Source of the DNA: Archaeoglobus fulgidus DSM 4304
GTDB taxonomy: Archaea; Halobacteriota; Archaeoglobi; Archaeoglobales; Archaeoglobaceae
Assembly: GCF_000008665.1 (NCBI RefSeq)
Contig: NC_000917.1
Coordinates: 1,950,001 to 1,982,000, forward strand
Length of the DNA stretch: 32,000 bases
Direction: 5' to 3'
Shown: piece after piece, positions 1-9,005 of the stretch
How the letters are laid out: each line of letters opens with the position of its first letter
Position numbering within the stretch: the first letter of the stretch is position 1
Notes under the pieces: generated by a model
Told to the model about the DNA's origin: nothing
The model's input: the letters and a program-made list of their open reading frames with translations, nothing else
The model's database searches: none
Program-made: the position numbers and the translations under genes

Positions 1-645
1 TCCCCATGTAGTTCCTCAGAATCATCAGGCTTCTCACCGCAACATGCCTGAACCTCCTCCTCAGAATCTCTGTCCTGTCCAAAGCTTTTCTCAGATGGCC
101 CTCAAACTCAGGGATGACGAAGAGCCCCTCAATCTCCGCATCGCTGAGCCTTTTGTAAGATGGAAGGATGAGGACAAAGCCGTTATCGTTTATCCCCATC
201 TGAACGTTGCAGTTCTTGATTAAACCTGCCCTGTAGGCAAAAACCCTCGCAATTGCGCTGTTCGCCCTTCTCCCAATCAGAGTGTGGAAGAAGTAGTAGT
301 TCCTCTCCGCTTCGTACTTCTCCACCACCAGCTTGCTGTCAGTCGGAATTTCGCTGAATAGCTTCTGCTCCATGAAGTAGCGGTAGATGGCGTTGGCAGC
401 GTTTCTCTCAATCTCGAAGTTTTCCATAAGAATGGCAATAATTTCCTCCCTGCTTTTCTTCTCAAGCATTTCCTCCATCCAGCCCCTGAACTTCCTTATC
501 CTCTCAGCTAAATCGTAGCTTAAAGGCAGCTGCTCGCTGAACCAGCTTGGGACGGTGGGCTTCTCCCCCTCAACCTCCTCGACGATGATGCTCATTCCCT
601 TGGCCTTCAAAAACCTGAAGGTCTTTCCTGCAAGACGAAAATGTC
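1..645 (-). CDS. lhr: Lhr-type helicase, C-terminal portion in the -1 frame relative to 607-2262; 3' end lies beyond the window start
   Basis: Minus-strand frame is open from about 676 to position 1 (over 210 codons without a stop). It reads ..LAGKTFRFLKAKGMSIIVEEVEGEKPTVPSWFSEQLPLSYDLAERIRKFRGWMEEML...HTLIGRRANSAIARVFAYRAG...RRRFRHVAVRSLMILRNYMG. It is absent from the ORF track because it runs off the edge. Confidence 0.7.
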
Positions 646-2262
646 TCCCGGCAGTAAATTCTCGGCAAACTCTTCCTCAACCTTTCCAACTCTCTTTCCG
701 TCCTTTGTGATTACCTTCACAGCCACCTCGTCGGGAATCGTGCCAGTGTTGAGGTAGTAAATCGGCCTGATCATCTTCCCTCTTCTTCCGAAAACGCCCT
801 CTTCCTCGTCAAACCAGATTTTCGCATAAACCTTCTTCTTTTCCAGCTCGGAGAAGTTGCCGGAGAGGTATCTCAGCACGGAGAGAAACTCCTCCCTCGT
901 TAACTCTCTGTAGGGATAGGCGTTTCTGATCAGGGCAAGGGCCTCATCAACGCTCCAGACTTTCTCAATGGCCATTCCAACGACATGCTGGCACAGCACA
1001 TCGAGACACTTCCTCGGTATCTTTACTCTGTCCAGCCTCCTCTCCCTCGCCTCTTTCGCCAAAACTGTGCACTCAACGAGGTCGTCCTGATCAACGACCA
1101 CAATTCTGCCAACACTCACCTCATGCAGCCTGTGCCCGCTTCTCCCGATTCTCTGCAAAGCCCTGTTTATGCTCTTGGGCGAGCCCAGCAGAATGACGAG
1201 GTCGATGTATCCTATGTCAATGCCGAGCTCAAGGCTCGTTGAGGAGACAACGCATCTCAGCTCCCCGTTCTTCAGCTCGTTCTCCACCTCAAGCCTCACT
1301 TCCTTGGAGAGGGAGCTGTGGTGAGCTTTTATTGGGAAATCCTTCAACCTCTTCTTGAGGTGGTAAACCACTCTCTCTGTCGCGCTACGCGTGTTTGTGA
1401 AAATCAGCGTGGTTTTCGAGCTTTTTACGTACTCCGCAAGCAAGTCGTAAAGCCTGTCGCTTATTTCTTCAGCACTGGCGGAGAAAAAGTCGTTTATAGG
1501 AGAGACAACCTTTATGTCCATCGGCTTCTCGAAGGTGACATCAGCTATCACGCAGTCTCTCTCCTCACCGTAGTTGTATCCCACCAAGAACCTCGCAATC
1601 TCCTCAAGGGGCGATATGGTGGCAGAAAGGCCTATTCTTACCATCTCTCCCTCCTGAATTCTCTGCAGCCTCTCCATTGAGAGGGTTAGGTGAACTCCCC
1701 TCTTGTTCTCCGCAATTGCATGGATTTCGTCAACGATGAGAAATCTGACGTTCGTGAGGGACTTGCTGAACTTGGGGCTGCAGAGAACGATTGCGAGGGT
1801 TTCTGGAGTTGTAATCAGAATGTGAGGTGGTTTTCTCGCCTGCTTCTGCTTTTCAGCAGCATCCGTATCGCCTGTTCTGACAGCAGCTCTTATTTTCTGC
1901 AGCTTGATTCCCTTTTTCTCAGCAAGGGCGTAAATCTCCTCAAGCGGCTCCTCAAGGTTCTTCCTTATGTCGTTGTTTAGGGCTTTAAGGGGAGAGACGT
2001 AAACGACGTAAACTCTATCCTCAAGCTCCCCCTTCTCAGCTTTCTCAACAAGCATGCTTATTGCAGCAAGAAAAGCTGCAAGAGTCTTCCCGCTTCCTGT
2101 TGGAGAGGTTATAAGCACGTTTCTGCCTTTGAAAGCCTCCACTATAGCGTATTTTTGCGGAGGGGTAAATTCAGAGTACTTTGAGAGAAACCACTCCCTC
2201 ACTAAGGGATGAAGCGAGTTCAGAATCTCCTCGTCGCTGTAGGGCTTTCCCCGAATTATCAC
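607..2262 (-). CDS. lhr: Lhr-type (large helicase-related) superfamily-2 DExH helicase, N-terminal about 550 aa, ending at a premature-looking stop
   Basis: Motif I ITSPTGSGKT, motif II VDEIH, motif III SAT, motif VI QRIGRSGH. Start is placed at GTG 2262 (MIIRGKPYSDEEILNSLHPLVREWF), because the track start at 2598 would overlap the divergent methyltransferase by 300 nt. Confidence 0.85.
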   Translation of the reverse strand: MIIRGKPYSDEEILNSLHPLVREWFLSKYSEFTPPQKYAIVEAFKGRNVLITSPTGSGKTLAAFLAAISMLVEKAEKGELEDRVYVVYVSPLKALNNDIRKNLEEPLEEIYALAEKKGIKLQKIRAAVRTGDTDAAEKQKQARKPPHILITTPETLAIVLCSPKFSKSLTNVRFLIVDEIHAIAENKRGVHLTLSMERLQRIQEGEMVRIGLSATISPLEEIARFLVGYNYGEERDCVIADVTFEKPMDIKVVSPINDFFSASAEEISDRLYDLLAEYVKSSKTTLIFTNTRSATERVVYHLKKRLKDFPIKAHHSSLSKEVRLEVENELKNGELRCVVSSTSLELGIDIGYIDLVILLGSPKSINRALQRIGRSGHRLHEVSVGRIVVVDQDDLVECTVLAKEARERRLDRVKIPRKCLDVLCQHVVGMAIEKVWSVDEALALIRNAYPYRELTREEFLSVLRYLSGNFSELEKKKVYAKIWFDEEEGVFGRRGKMIRPIYYLNTGTIPDEVAVKVITKDGKRVGKVEEEFAENLLPGDIFVLQERPSGF

Positions 2263-2298
2263 CGAAGAACATATCCGTCGGGAAAGAAAAGTCTTGTC

Positions 2299-3387
2299 GT
2301 GAGGTTCTATGCCACTCTCACCCCGGGTCTTGAGGATGTTGCAGCCAAGGAAGTGGAGAGTTTCGGGTGCAAAGTGGAGGAAATCAGAGAAAGAAGGGGC
2401 AGGATCTTCTTTTCCGGGGAAAAGTCTGCAATCCCCCTGCTGAACCACTTTTCGAGAACTCTGGAAAGGCTGAACGTGTTGCTGCTGAGGTGCGAAGTTG
2501 AGGGGCTTGATGACATCTACGCAGCGGTAAAGGGGCTGGATTTCAGCTTTGTTAAAGGAAAAAGCTTTGCCATAAGGAGCTTGAGGGTTGGGGAGCACGA
2601 TTTCACGTCAATGGACATAGCGAGAGTAGCGGGGCAGGCTGTGATTGACAGCTTCATGGAGAGCTACGGGGAGAGGTTGAAGGTAAATCTCAATCAACCA
2701 GACGTGATTATTAGGGTTGAGCTTGTTGATAGCGAGCTCTTCGTTGGGGTTGACACCACAGGAGATGATGCGATGCATAAGCGGTGGTGGAGGGTTTACA
2801 ACCATCCTGCTCACCTCAACGCTGCCATAGCGTGCGGGATGTTGAGAATCGCCGATTGGAAGGTTGACGAATCCCTCATCGACCCCATGTGCGGCAGCGG
2901 AACGATTCCAATCGAGGCTGCCTTAATGGTGAGGAATGTTCCGAACTTGAGGGATTTTGCCTACAAAAAGCTTTGCGAGTGGGAGCTGGCTTTTGAGCCA
3001 AATGAAGTCAGGCTGAAACTTTACGGAATGGAGAAGTTTCGAAAGCACCTTGTTGGTGCTATCAGAAACGCCGTAAATGCGGGAGTTGCAGACACCATCG
3101 AGTTCAGGCAGGGAGATGCAACGGAGATGACAGGAGAGTATGACGTTATAATCACAAACCCGCCATATGGCCTTAGAATTCACCGAAAGGGCGCAATTGA
3201 AAGGCTGTATCACAGCTTTGCCAGAGCGGCAAAAAGGTGTATGAACCAGAACTCGAGGCTTGTTATCATAACGGCTGAGCACAGGGTCTTTGCAAATGCC
3301 GCTGAGGAAGCAGGACTGCAGTGCACTCACGAGAGATTCGTGAAATATGGCGGGCTTTTAACAAAAATTATGGTTTTCATGATTTAG
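2299..3387 (+). CDS. THUMP-domain RNA (guanine-N2) methyltransferase, Trm14/COG0116-like
   Basis: SAM motif I DPMCGSGTIPIEAA and amino-methyltransferase motif IV ITNPPYG. The N-terminal half looks THUMP-like. Start is placed at GTG 2299 (MRFYATLTPGLEDVA); the track ATG at 2209 would overlap the helicase start. Confidence 0.8.
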   Translation: MRFYATLTPGLEDVAAKEVESFGCKVEEIRERRGRIFFSGEKSAIPLLNHFSRTLERLNVLLLRCEVEGLDDIYAAVKGLDFSFVKGKSFAIRSLRVGEHDFTSMDIARVAGQAVIDSFMESYGERLKVNLNQPDVIIRVELVDSELFVGVDTTGDDAMHKRWWRVYNHPAHLNAAIACGMLRIADWKVDESLIDPMCGSGTIPIEAALMVRNVPNLRDFAYKKLCEWELAFEPNEVRLKLYGMEKFRKHLVGAIRNAVNAGVADTIEFRQGDATEMTGEYDVIITNPPYGLRIHRKGAIERLYHSFARAAKRCMNQNSRLVIITAEHRVFANAAEEAGLQCTHERFVKYGGLLTKIMVFMI

Positions 3388-4096
3388 TTCTCTCGGCATC
3401 GTGCACCCAAACCTCTCCATCCTCGTAAACCTCCTTCTTCCAGATTGGAAGCTCCTTTTTCATCAACTCCACTGCCTCCTTCAAAGGCTCCCAGATGTCC
3501 TTCCTGTGCTCTCCCATAACGGTGATGTAAACTATGTCCTCCCCCGGCAGCAGAATCCCCCTCTTGTGGTAAACTCTGGCATTTACAATTCCGGGCATCT
3601 GCTTTACTCTCTCCTCAATCTCCCTCGCCTTCTCGTTCAGCATTTCATCATAAGCCTCATACTCAAGCCTGCTTACCGTCTTCCCGTCAGACTCCTTCCG
3701 CACAAAGCCTATGAAAATGCCAATTGCTCCGCATTTCTCCACTCCTTCAACGCACTTTGTTTTGAGAACGATGGATTTTAGGGACTCCACTTCAGGAGCC
3801 CTCTCAACCTCCTCCACGCTCTTTACCTTTGGAATCTTGAATCCGAGGCCCTTTTCAAGCCCCTCAAGCTCCAGCTCGAAACCAATGATAGCAGCATAAT
3901 CAAACCCCAGATCTGCGAGGGTTTCCAGCGCCTCCCTCATGTTCTTAGGGCCTGCTGTCATCCTGAGGGACTTTCCAATGAAGGCGCAGCACTCCTCCTC
4001 TCCATCTCCCTTCCTCACCTCTACAACTCTTCCCCTCTCAGCCAGCTTTCCCTTCAGCTCATCCCAGTTCTCGGGAACGAAAACCTTCATCCACAC
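3377..4096 (-). CDS. moaE: MoaE (molybdopterin synthase large subunit) domain protein with an extra N-terminal domain of about 110 aa
   Basis: C-terminal half carries GAIGIFIGFVR, LEYEAY, VMGEHRKD and PIWKKE. The likely true start is ATG 4090, which forms an ATGA overlap with the upstream stop. Confidence 0.8.
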   Translation of the reverse strand: MWMKVFVPENWDELKGKLAERGRVVEVRKGDGEEECCAFIGKSLRMTAGPKNMREALETLADLGFDYAAIIGFELELEGLEKGLGFKIPKVKSVEEVERAPEVESLKSIVLKTKCVEGVEKCGAIGIFIGFVRKESDGKTVSRLEYEAYDEMLNEKAREIEERVKQMPGIVNARVYHKRGILLPGEDIVYITVMGEHRKDIWEPLKEAVELMKKELPIWKKEVYEDGEVWVHDAERTKS

Positions 4097-4617
4097 CCCT
4101 CCAGCTTCTCGTAAACGTCCATACCGCAGAAAAGCGGCTGAACAACATGATATTTAACATCAACCTTACTTCCATCAACAGCAATCTCAGCACAGCTCGC
4201 AACCGACATTCTTGGCTGCGTTGGGCTGCCGGGACAAACAAGAAGCTTTCCTCTAACCTCTTCAAGAACAAAACGGTGTAAGTGGCCGAAAACAAGCACA
4301 TCAACACCAAGCTCCATTGCCTTATAGCCAAGGTCGTGGAACTGGTTGATGAAGTTGCCCTTGTGCACTAAACCGAATCTAACCCCCTCAACCTCAAAAA
4401 CCAGCTCTTCATCAAGCTCCTCCTTAATTTTATCATCGTCGCTGTTTCCAGCTACAGCATAAAGCTCGTAATCTGAGAACTTTTTGTAAACCTTGTAGCT
4501 TTCAAAGTCCCCTGCGTGAACGACAAAATCTGCTCCTTCCATAAGCTCTATGAGCTTCTCCGGAAGATTCCATTCTTTCAGGTGCGTGTCTGCCACAGCC
4601 AGAATTCTTTTCATCAA
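4087..4617 (-). CDS. YfcE/MJ0936-type metallophosphoesterase
   Basis: Calcineurin-like motifs are present in order: ADTHL, HAGD, GNSD, GHLH. Confidence 0.8.
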   Translation of the reverse strand: MMKRILAVADTHLKEWNLPEKLIELMEGADFVVHAGDFESYKVYKKFSDYELYAVAGNSDDDKIKEELDEELVFEVEGVRFGLVHKGNFINQFHDLGYKAMELGVDVLVFGHLHRFVLEEVRGKLLVCPGSPTQPRMSVASCAEIAVDGSKVDVKYHVVQPLFCGMDVYEKLEGCG

Positions 4618-4664
4618 TTAAAGTAAAACAATAAGGTTTAAAATGTTGATGTCAACACCTTGCG

Positions 4665-5303
4665 ATGATTAAGCTCAGCTACCTCACGAGCTACATCACC
4701 TGTCCTAGACTGTGCTACTTCCGGGTTCATGTTGGCGAAAAGCGTTTTACCGAGCTTACTGCGGTAAGGGAGATATACCTTTCCCTGAAACAGGGATTTG
4801 ACCTCGATTGGGCGAAAAAGAGGGCTAAAGCTCTACATGGAGCATTCGATGAAGAAGCTTTCAGGAGTGCGGCAAATAAATTCATCTTTCCTCAAATTGA
4901 CTGCAAAAGCGTCGAAGTGGATGCAACGATAAAATCCAAGTCGCTCGGTCTTCTGGTTAGTGTGGATGAGATAGTTGAATGTGATGGAGAGCTGCTCCCC
5001 CTCTTTCTTGGCCTAAATCCACCAGAAAATGGTGTTTGGTTTAAAGACATGGTAAAGGCCGGTGCAGCCGCCTTGGCTGGAAACTACAGCAAAGCCCTGA
5101 TTTACTACGGATACACGGGCGATCTTAGGCCTGTTGAGGTTACCTTCAGCCTCAAAAAGAAGGTCATCAAGCTCATTGAGCGAGTGAAGCTCATACAAAG
5201 AGGTTTTCTTCCCGAAAGGAAGGAGAGCAGATACTGCAATTACTGCAGCTTCAGTGAGGACTGTAAGAGCAGGGCTGAAACTTTCGCATCAAAATTTCTC
5301 TAG
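4665..5303 (+). CDS. Cas4/DUF83-like PD-(D/E)xK-fold protein with a four-Cys cluster, not CRISPR-associated
   Basis: N-terminal ITCPRLCYF and C-terminal CNYCSFSEDC (C-x2-C-x5-C) match the Cas4 Fe-S cysteine pattern. The central GLLVSVDEIV resembles RecB motif II. Confidence 0.6.
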   Translation: MIKLSYLTSYITCPRLCYFRVHVGEKRFTELTAVREIYLSLKQGFDLDWAKKRAKALHGAFDEEAFRSAANKFIFPQIDCKSVEVDATIKSKSLGLLVSVDEIVECDGELLPLFLGLNPPENGVWFKDMVKAGAAALAGNYSKALIYYGYTGDLRPVEVTFSLKKKVIKLIERVKLIQRGFLPERKESRYCNYCSFSEDCKSRAETFASKFL

Positions 5304-5578
5304 TCTATGAAAAATCTCGCATCCTCAATCCACTGGCTCTTGCACTTAGGACACTTAGAAGCTTTAATTCTGTCAAACTCAAAGCCACACTTCTTGCAGC
5401 GGGGAGGTTGCATCACAAGCCTTTTACCCTTCCTCCTCAAAATCTTGGATGCTTTCAGCAATGCTGAGTAAACATCATCTTCCCTTTGCGGTTCAAGGTT
5501 GAGCAATTTGCATATTTCCTTTGCCGTAAGGCCATCCTGCTGCTCAAGCAAGGATATGACGTCCTCGACTAAAGCCAT
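5300..5578 (-). CDS. Small transcriptional regulator, winged-HTH fused to a C-terminal Zn-ribbon (COG3357-like)
   Basis: N-terminal GLTAKEICKLLNL looks like an HTH. C-terminal CKKCGF...CPKC supplies four Cys. Confidence 0.6.
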   Translation of the reverse strand: MALVEDVISLLEQQDGLTAKEICKLLNLEPQREDDVYSALLKASKILRRKGKRLVMQPPRCKKCGFEFDRIKASKCPKCKSQWIEDARFFID

Positions 5579-5626
5579 GAATCTAGTTTACTACTGGATA
5601 TAAAAAATTCAAGGAAAAAAGAGAGC

Positions 5627-6199
5627 TTACGTTAAAGCATTAGGTATTGCCTTGAACAGCTCCATCATGAACTTTACGTTGTCCGTTATCGTGTTCGCCA
5701 GTGCTTCGGCGTAAGCCTCAACCAGCGGCACCTCGACTCCGGTAGAGTTGGTGGTTGTTATCGACGTGTTCTGCAAGGCCTTTACCTGGTACTTCATAAG
5801 CGCTGCCAGTCCCTGGCTGCCCTCAGTGTCGCCGAAGACAACGGAGGTGTTGGTCGCCATCATCCTTATTGATTCGCTGATGTTAGTTCTCTGGGATGTC
5901 AGGTTATCGCTGTCTGCCAGCGTTTCCAGAACCTCCGCCGTCACCTGGTTGTTCCAACCCGCAACAAGAACTCCACCGTAAACCAGCCCCCAGAGGTTCT
6001 GGAAGAGGTTGGAGTTTGTGTCAGTGTCGTTCACCTCGTAGAGCAGGTGCAGGAACTTCGCTCCCAGATCGAGGTTTGAAACCGTGTTTTTTATGAATGC
6101 AGCCGCAAACTCCGTACCGTTCATGCTGAAGTCTTCTGCCATTGCCGGTGCAGTTACCAGCATTAACGCCAGCACCAATCCCACTACATACCCCCTCAT
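5627..6199 (-). CDS. Secreted hypothetical protein rich in N-glycosylation sequons
   Basis: An internal ATG at 6199 gives the signal-like N-terminus MRGYVVGLVLALMLVTAPAMA-ED. Seven N-x-S/T sequons are present. A TTTAAATA-like box lies about 45 nt upstream. Confidence 0.6.
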   Translation of the reverse strand: MRGYVVGLVLALMLVTAPAMAEDFSMNGTEFAAAFIKNTVSNLDLGAKFLHLLYEVNDTDTNSNLFQNLWGLVYGGVLVAGWNNQVTAEVLETLADSDNLTSQRTNISESIRMMATNTSVVFGDTEGSQGLAALMKYQVKALQNTSITTTNSTGVEVPLVEAYAEALANTITDNVKFMMELFKAIPNALT

Positions 6200-6307
6200 A
6201 AATACTACCCCCAATTTTGACAATAATTCCGGAACTTCTATGTATTTAAATTTTTCGTAATTAATCGATAATAATGTCATCAATTGTTATAATAATGAGA
6301 AGAAACC

Positions 6308-6934
6308 TTATGGGCGAAGCAAATAGTAACTTTCCTTCCTGTCTGAGGAAGTCAGATTCCCAATTACTTCCATTTCACCAAAATCTGGGCTCTCCCCATC
6401 TCCCTCCTTGTGAACAAACAGCACAATTCCACCTTTTTTCAGCAGCGGAAGAAATCTTCGCATTGCACGAAAGGATGAGGAAAAAGGCAAAGTGAGGTCA
6501 TTAAGGATTAAATCAAGCTCGGGCAAAAGTGAAATGTCGAAGGTGAAGGCATCGGCAATGAAAACCTTAACGTTTGGCCTTTGCCTCTCAATTTCCCTCA
6601 AGCCTTCCTCAAACTCCCTGCTGTACTCTATACCGTAAACCTCCTTTGCTTTTTCGCTGGCGTAGAGCAAAAAACCCCCAGCAGAGCTTCCGAGGTCAAG
6701 AACAACCTCATTGCCGGAAAAAAGGTTGAAGTGCTCGTCGATTTCCTTCAGCTTCCAGTATCCCCGCGGCCTTTCCGGCTGGAGAACTTTTATCTCCGCC
6801 TCAAAGTCAACCTCCGCTGAAGGCTTCGTCACCTTTTTTCCATCAACCAAGACGAAGCCTTTCTTTATTGCCTCCTTCGCTCTGCTCCTTGAGCTGAAAA
6901 AGCCCCTCCTGACAAGCAGAATGTCGAGCCTCAT
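6308..6934 (-). CDS. tlyA: TlyA-like rRNA 2'-O-methyltransferase (S4 domain plus FtsJ fold)
   Basis: S4-like [34 protein letters not shown], then SAM motif [11 protein letters not shown]. It overlaps sucD by 4 nt. Confidence 0.75.
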   Translation of the reverse strand: MRLDILLVRRGFFSSRSRAKEAIKKGFVLVDGKKVTKPSAEVDFEAEIKVLQPERPRGYWKLKEIDEHFNLFSGNEVVLDLGSSAGGFLLYASEKAKEVYGIEYSREFEEGLREIERQRPNVKVFIADAFTFDISLLPELDLILNDLTLPFSSSFRAMRRFLPLLKKGGIVLFVHKEGDGESPDFGEMEVIGNLTSSDRKESYYLLRP

Positions 6935-7794
6935 AGAATTTCCGCAACCAGCTCAGCCACCTCCATCGGCGTCTTCCCCACTCTCGCTCCCGCAGCTTCA
7001 AGTGCTTTAATCTTCGACTCCGCCGTTCCAACTCCCCCTTCAATTATCGCCCCCGCATGCCCCATTCTCTTTCCGGGTGGGGCGGTTAAGCCTGCAACGT
7101 AGCCTACAACCGGCTTCGACATTTCTCTGATAAACTCTGCCGCAACCTCCTCATCCCTGCCTCCAATCTCACCCACCAAAACAACAGCCTTGGTTTCCTT
7201 GTCATCCTCAAAGAGCCTTAGCACCTCCACAAAGTCCGTGCCTATTATCCTGTCTCCTCCTATTCCAACAACCGTTGACTGACCCAATCCGAGCTTTGTG
7301 AGGTTGTAGGCAATCTGATACGTCAGAGTGCCGCTTCTTGACACAATCCCAACATTCCCCGGCTTGAAAATCTGAACGGGCATTATGCCGAGGTGCGTTT
7401 TGCCGGGGCTTATGATTCCGGGGCAGTTGGGGCCTATTAGCGTCGCTCCCGCCTCTTTCACCCTCCAGTACATTTTCAGCTCATCGTGAACGGGAATGCC
7501 TTCCGTTATGCACACAATAACTTTGATGCCAGCATCAGCCGCCTCCATCACGGCATCAGCAGCGAAGGGAGCGGGAACGAAGATTACGGATGCGTTTGCG
7601 TCAGCCTCCCTCACTGCCTCCTTAACAGAGTCATAGACCGGCACCCCAAGGACTTCCGTCCCGCCCTTTCCGGGAGTAACTCCGGCAACAATTTTTGTGC
7701 CGTAGTTGAGCATTCTCTCCGTGTGAAACTTGCCTTGATAGCCAGTTATTCCCTGAACTACCACCTTCGTTCTTTCATCAACGATAATTGCCAT
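6931..7794 (-). CDS. sucD: Succinyl-CoA synthetase alpha subunit
   Basis: [16 protein letters not shown] and the phosphohistidine loop MGHAGAII. Confidence 0.92.
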   Translation of the reverse strand: MAIIVDERTKVVVQGITGYQGKFHTERMLNYGTKIVAGVTPGKGGTEVLGVPVYDSVKEAVREADANASVIFVPAPFAADAVMEAADAGIKVIVCITEGIPVHDELKMYWRVKEAGATLIGPNCPGIISPGKTHLGIMPVQIFKPGNVGIVSRSGTLTYQIAYNLTKLGLGQSTVVGIGGDRIIGTDFVEVLRLFEDDKETKAVVLVGEIGGRDEEVAAEFIREMSKPVVGYVAGLTAPPGKRMGHAGAIIEGGVGTAESKIKALEAAGARVGKTPMEVAELVAEIL

Positions 7795-7797
7795 AAT

Positions 7798-8940
7798 TCA
7801 CACCTCCTCAGCAAGCTTTACGGCCTTCTCCGCCCCTTCCTCCATCGTCTCGACAATGTGGAAGTTTGGCCTATCCTTTGCAAACTCATCCATGATTTTC
7901 CTCCCCTCCTCCTCGTTTGTGCCTGCGAGTCTCACAACCACCGGAGTTGATACGTCTGCCAAAGCCTCTTTAAGCCCCTTCGCAACTTCATCGCACCTCG
8001 TTATCCCGCCGAAGATGTTGATGAAGACCACCTTAACATTCTTGTCGCTGAGAATTAGGTTAATGGCCTCCCTCACAACCTCTGCAGAGGCTCCACCTCC
8101 TATGTCGAGGAAGTTCGCCGGCTTGCCACCGTAAATGTATATCAGGTCCATGGTTGCCATGGCCATCCCGGCACCGTTTGCAAGCACGCCAACGTTCCCA
8201 TCAAGCTTGACGTAATTCAGCCCCTTTTCCATTGCGATTCTCTCCATCTGGTCAGCTTCGGTATAATCCCTCAGTTTCTCCAAATCCCTGTGCCTGAAAA
8301 GTGCACTGTCGTCAATGTTAAGCCTCGCATCCGCAGCAACAAGTCCATCAGGTGTAACAACAAGGGGGTTGATTTCGACAAGCTCAGCCTCGTAGTGAAC
8401 CATAATCCGGTAGAGGGTTTTGAGGATTGAAGCGACCTCCTTCCAGTACTCCCTCGGCATTTGCGAATTCAGCAAAAGCTCCCTTATCTGATAATCCCAG
8501 AGCCCCCACTTCGGATTCACAGCGATCCTGGCTATTTTCTCAGGATGCTTGACGGCAATTTCCTCAATATCCATACCACCCACAGAACTCAGAATTGCCG
8601 CGATACCTTTATTGGCTCTATCAATTGTTAGCCCGGCATACATTTCTCGCTGAACTTCAATCATTTCCTCCACGTAGATTTTCTCAACTATGTGGCCTTT
8701 TAATACGGAACCAAACATTTCCTTAGCCTTTTCAACGGCCTCTTCAACGCTGTAGGCCTTCTTTATACCACCTGCCTTTCCCCTCCCGCCAACAAGAACC
8801 TGAGATTTCAGTACCACCTTGCCCCCTAGCTCCTCAGCAATCCCCCTAACATCCTCGACAGAGGTTGCCAGCTCTCCTCTTGCAACTCTTATTCCGTGCT
8901 TGGAGAAAATCTGCTTCGCCTGATATTCGTGAAGTCTCAT
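7798..8940 (-). CDS. sucC: Succinyl-CoA synthetase beta subunit
   Basis: ATP-grasp N-terminus MRLHEYQAKQIF, then GGRGKAGGI and NIFGGITRCD. It lies 3 nt upstream of sucD. Confidence 0.92.
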   Translation of the reverse strand: MRLHEYQAKQIFSKHGIRVARGELATSVEDVRGIAEELGGKVVLKSQVLVGGRGKAGGIKKAYSVEEAVEKAKEMFGSVLKGHIVEKIYVEEMIEVQREMYAGLTIDRANKGIAAILSSVGGMDIEEIAVKHPEKIARIAVNPKWGLWDYQIRELLLNSQMPREYWKEVASILKTLYRIMVHYEAELVEINPLVVTPDGLVAADARLNIDDSALFRHRDLEKLRDYTEADQMERIAMEKGLNYVKLDGNVGVLANGAGMAMATMDLIYIYGGKPANFLDIGGGASAEVVREAINLILSDKNVKVVFINIFGGITRCDEVAKGLKEALADVSTPVVVRLAGTNEEEGRKIMDEFAKDRPNFHIVETMEEGAEKAVKLAEEV

Positions 8941-9005
8941 GTTTTAATGTTGCGAAGTGGTAAATTAAGTTTAGGTTTTAAGGTTCTAAATCGATCTGCC
9001 TTTCT

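Noticed and set aside
2209-2298. ATG 2209 as the start of the methyltransferase
   Set aside because: It would overlap the helicase start. The first 30 residues (MKRVQNLLVAVGLSPNYHRRTYPSGKKSLV) do not look like part of a THUMP domain. GTG 2299 is preferred, but this is not certain.
2263-2598. 5' extension of the helicase ORF in the track (start at 2598, MLPNPQAPYGK..)
   Set aside because: The extension is low-complexity and not Lhr-like. It would overlap the divergent THUMP methyltransferase coding region by about 300 nt. The GTG at 2262 gives a normal Lhr N-terminus.
6200-6283. N-terminal 28 codons of track ORF 5627-6283 (MMTLLSINYEKFKYIEVPELLSKLGVVF)
   Set aside because: The internal ATG at 6199 yields a canonical signal peptide, and the extension covers the AT-rich promoter-like region.
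7486-7950. 154-aa plus-strand ORF spanning the sucD/sucC junction
   Set aside because: It is an antisense shadow of two high-confidence genes.
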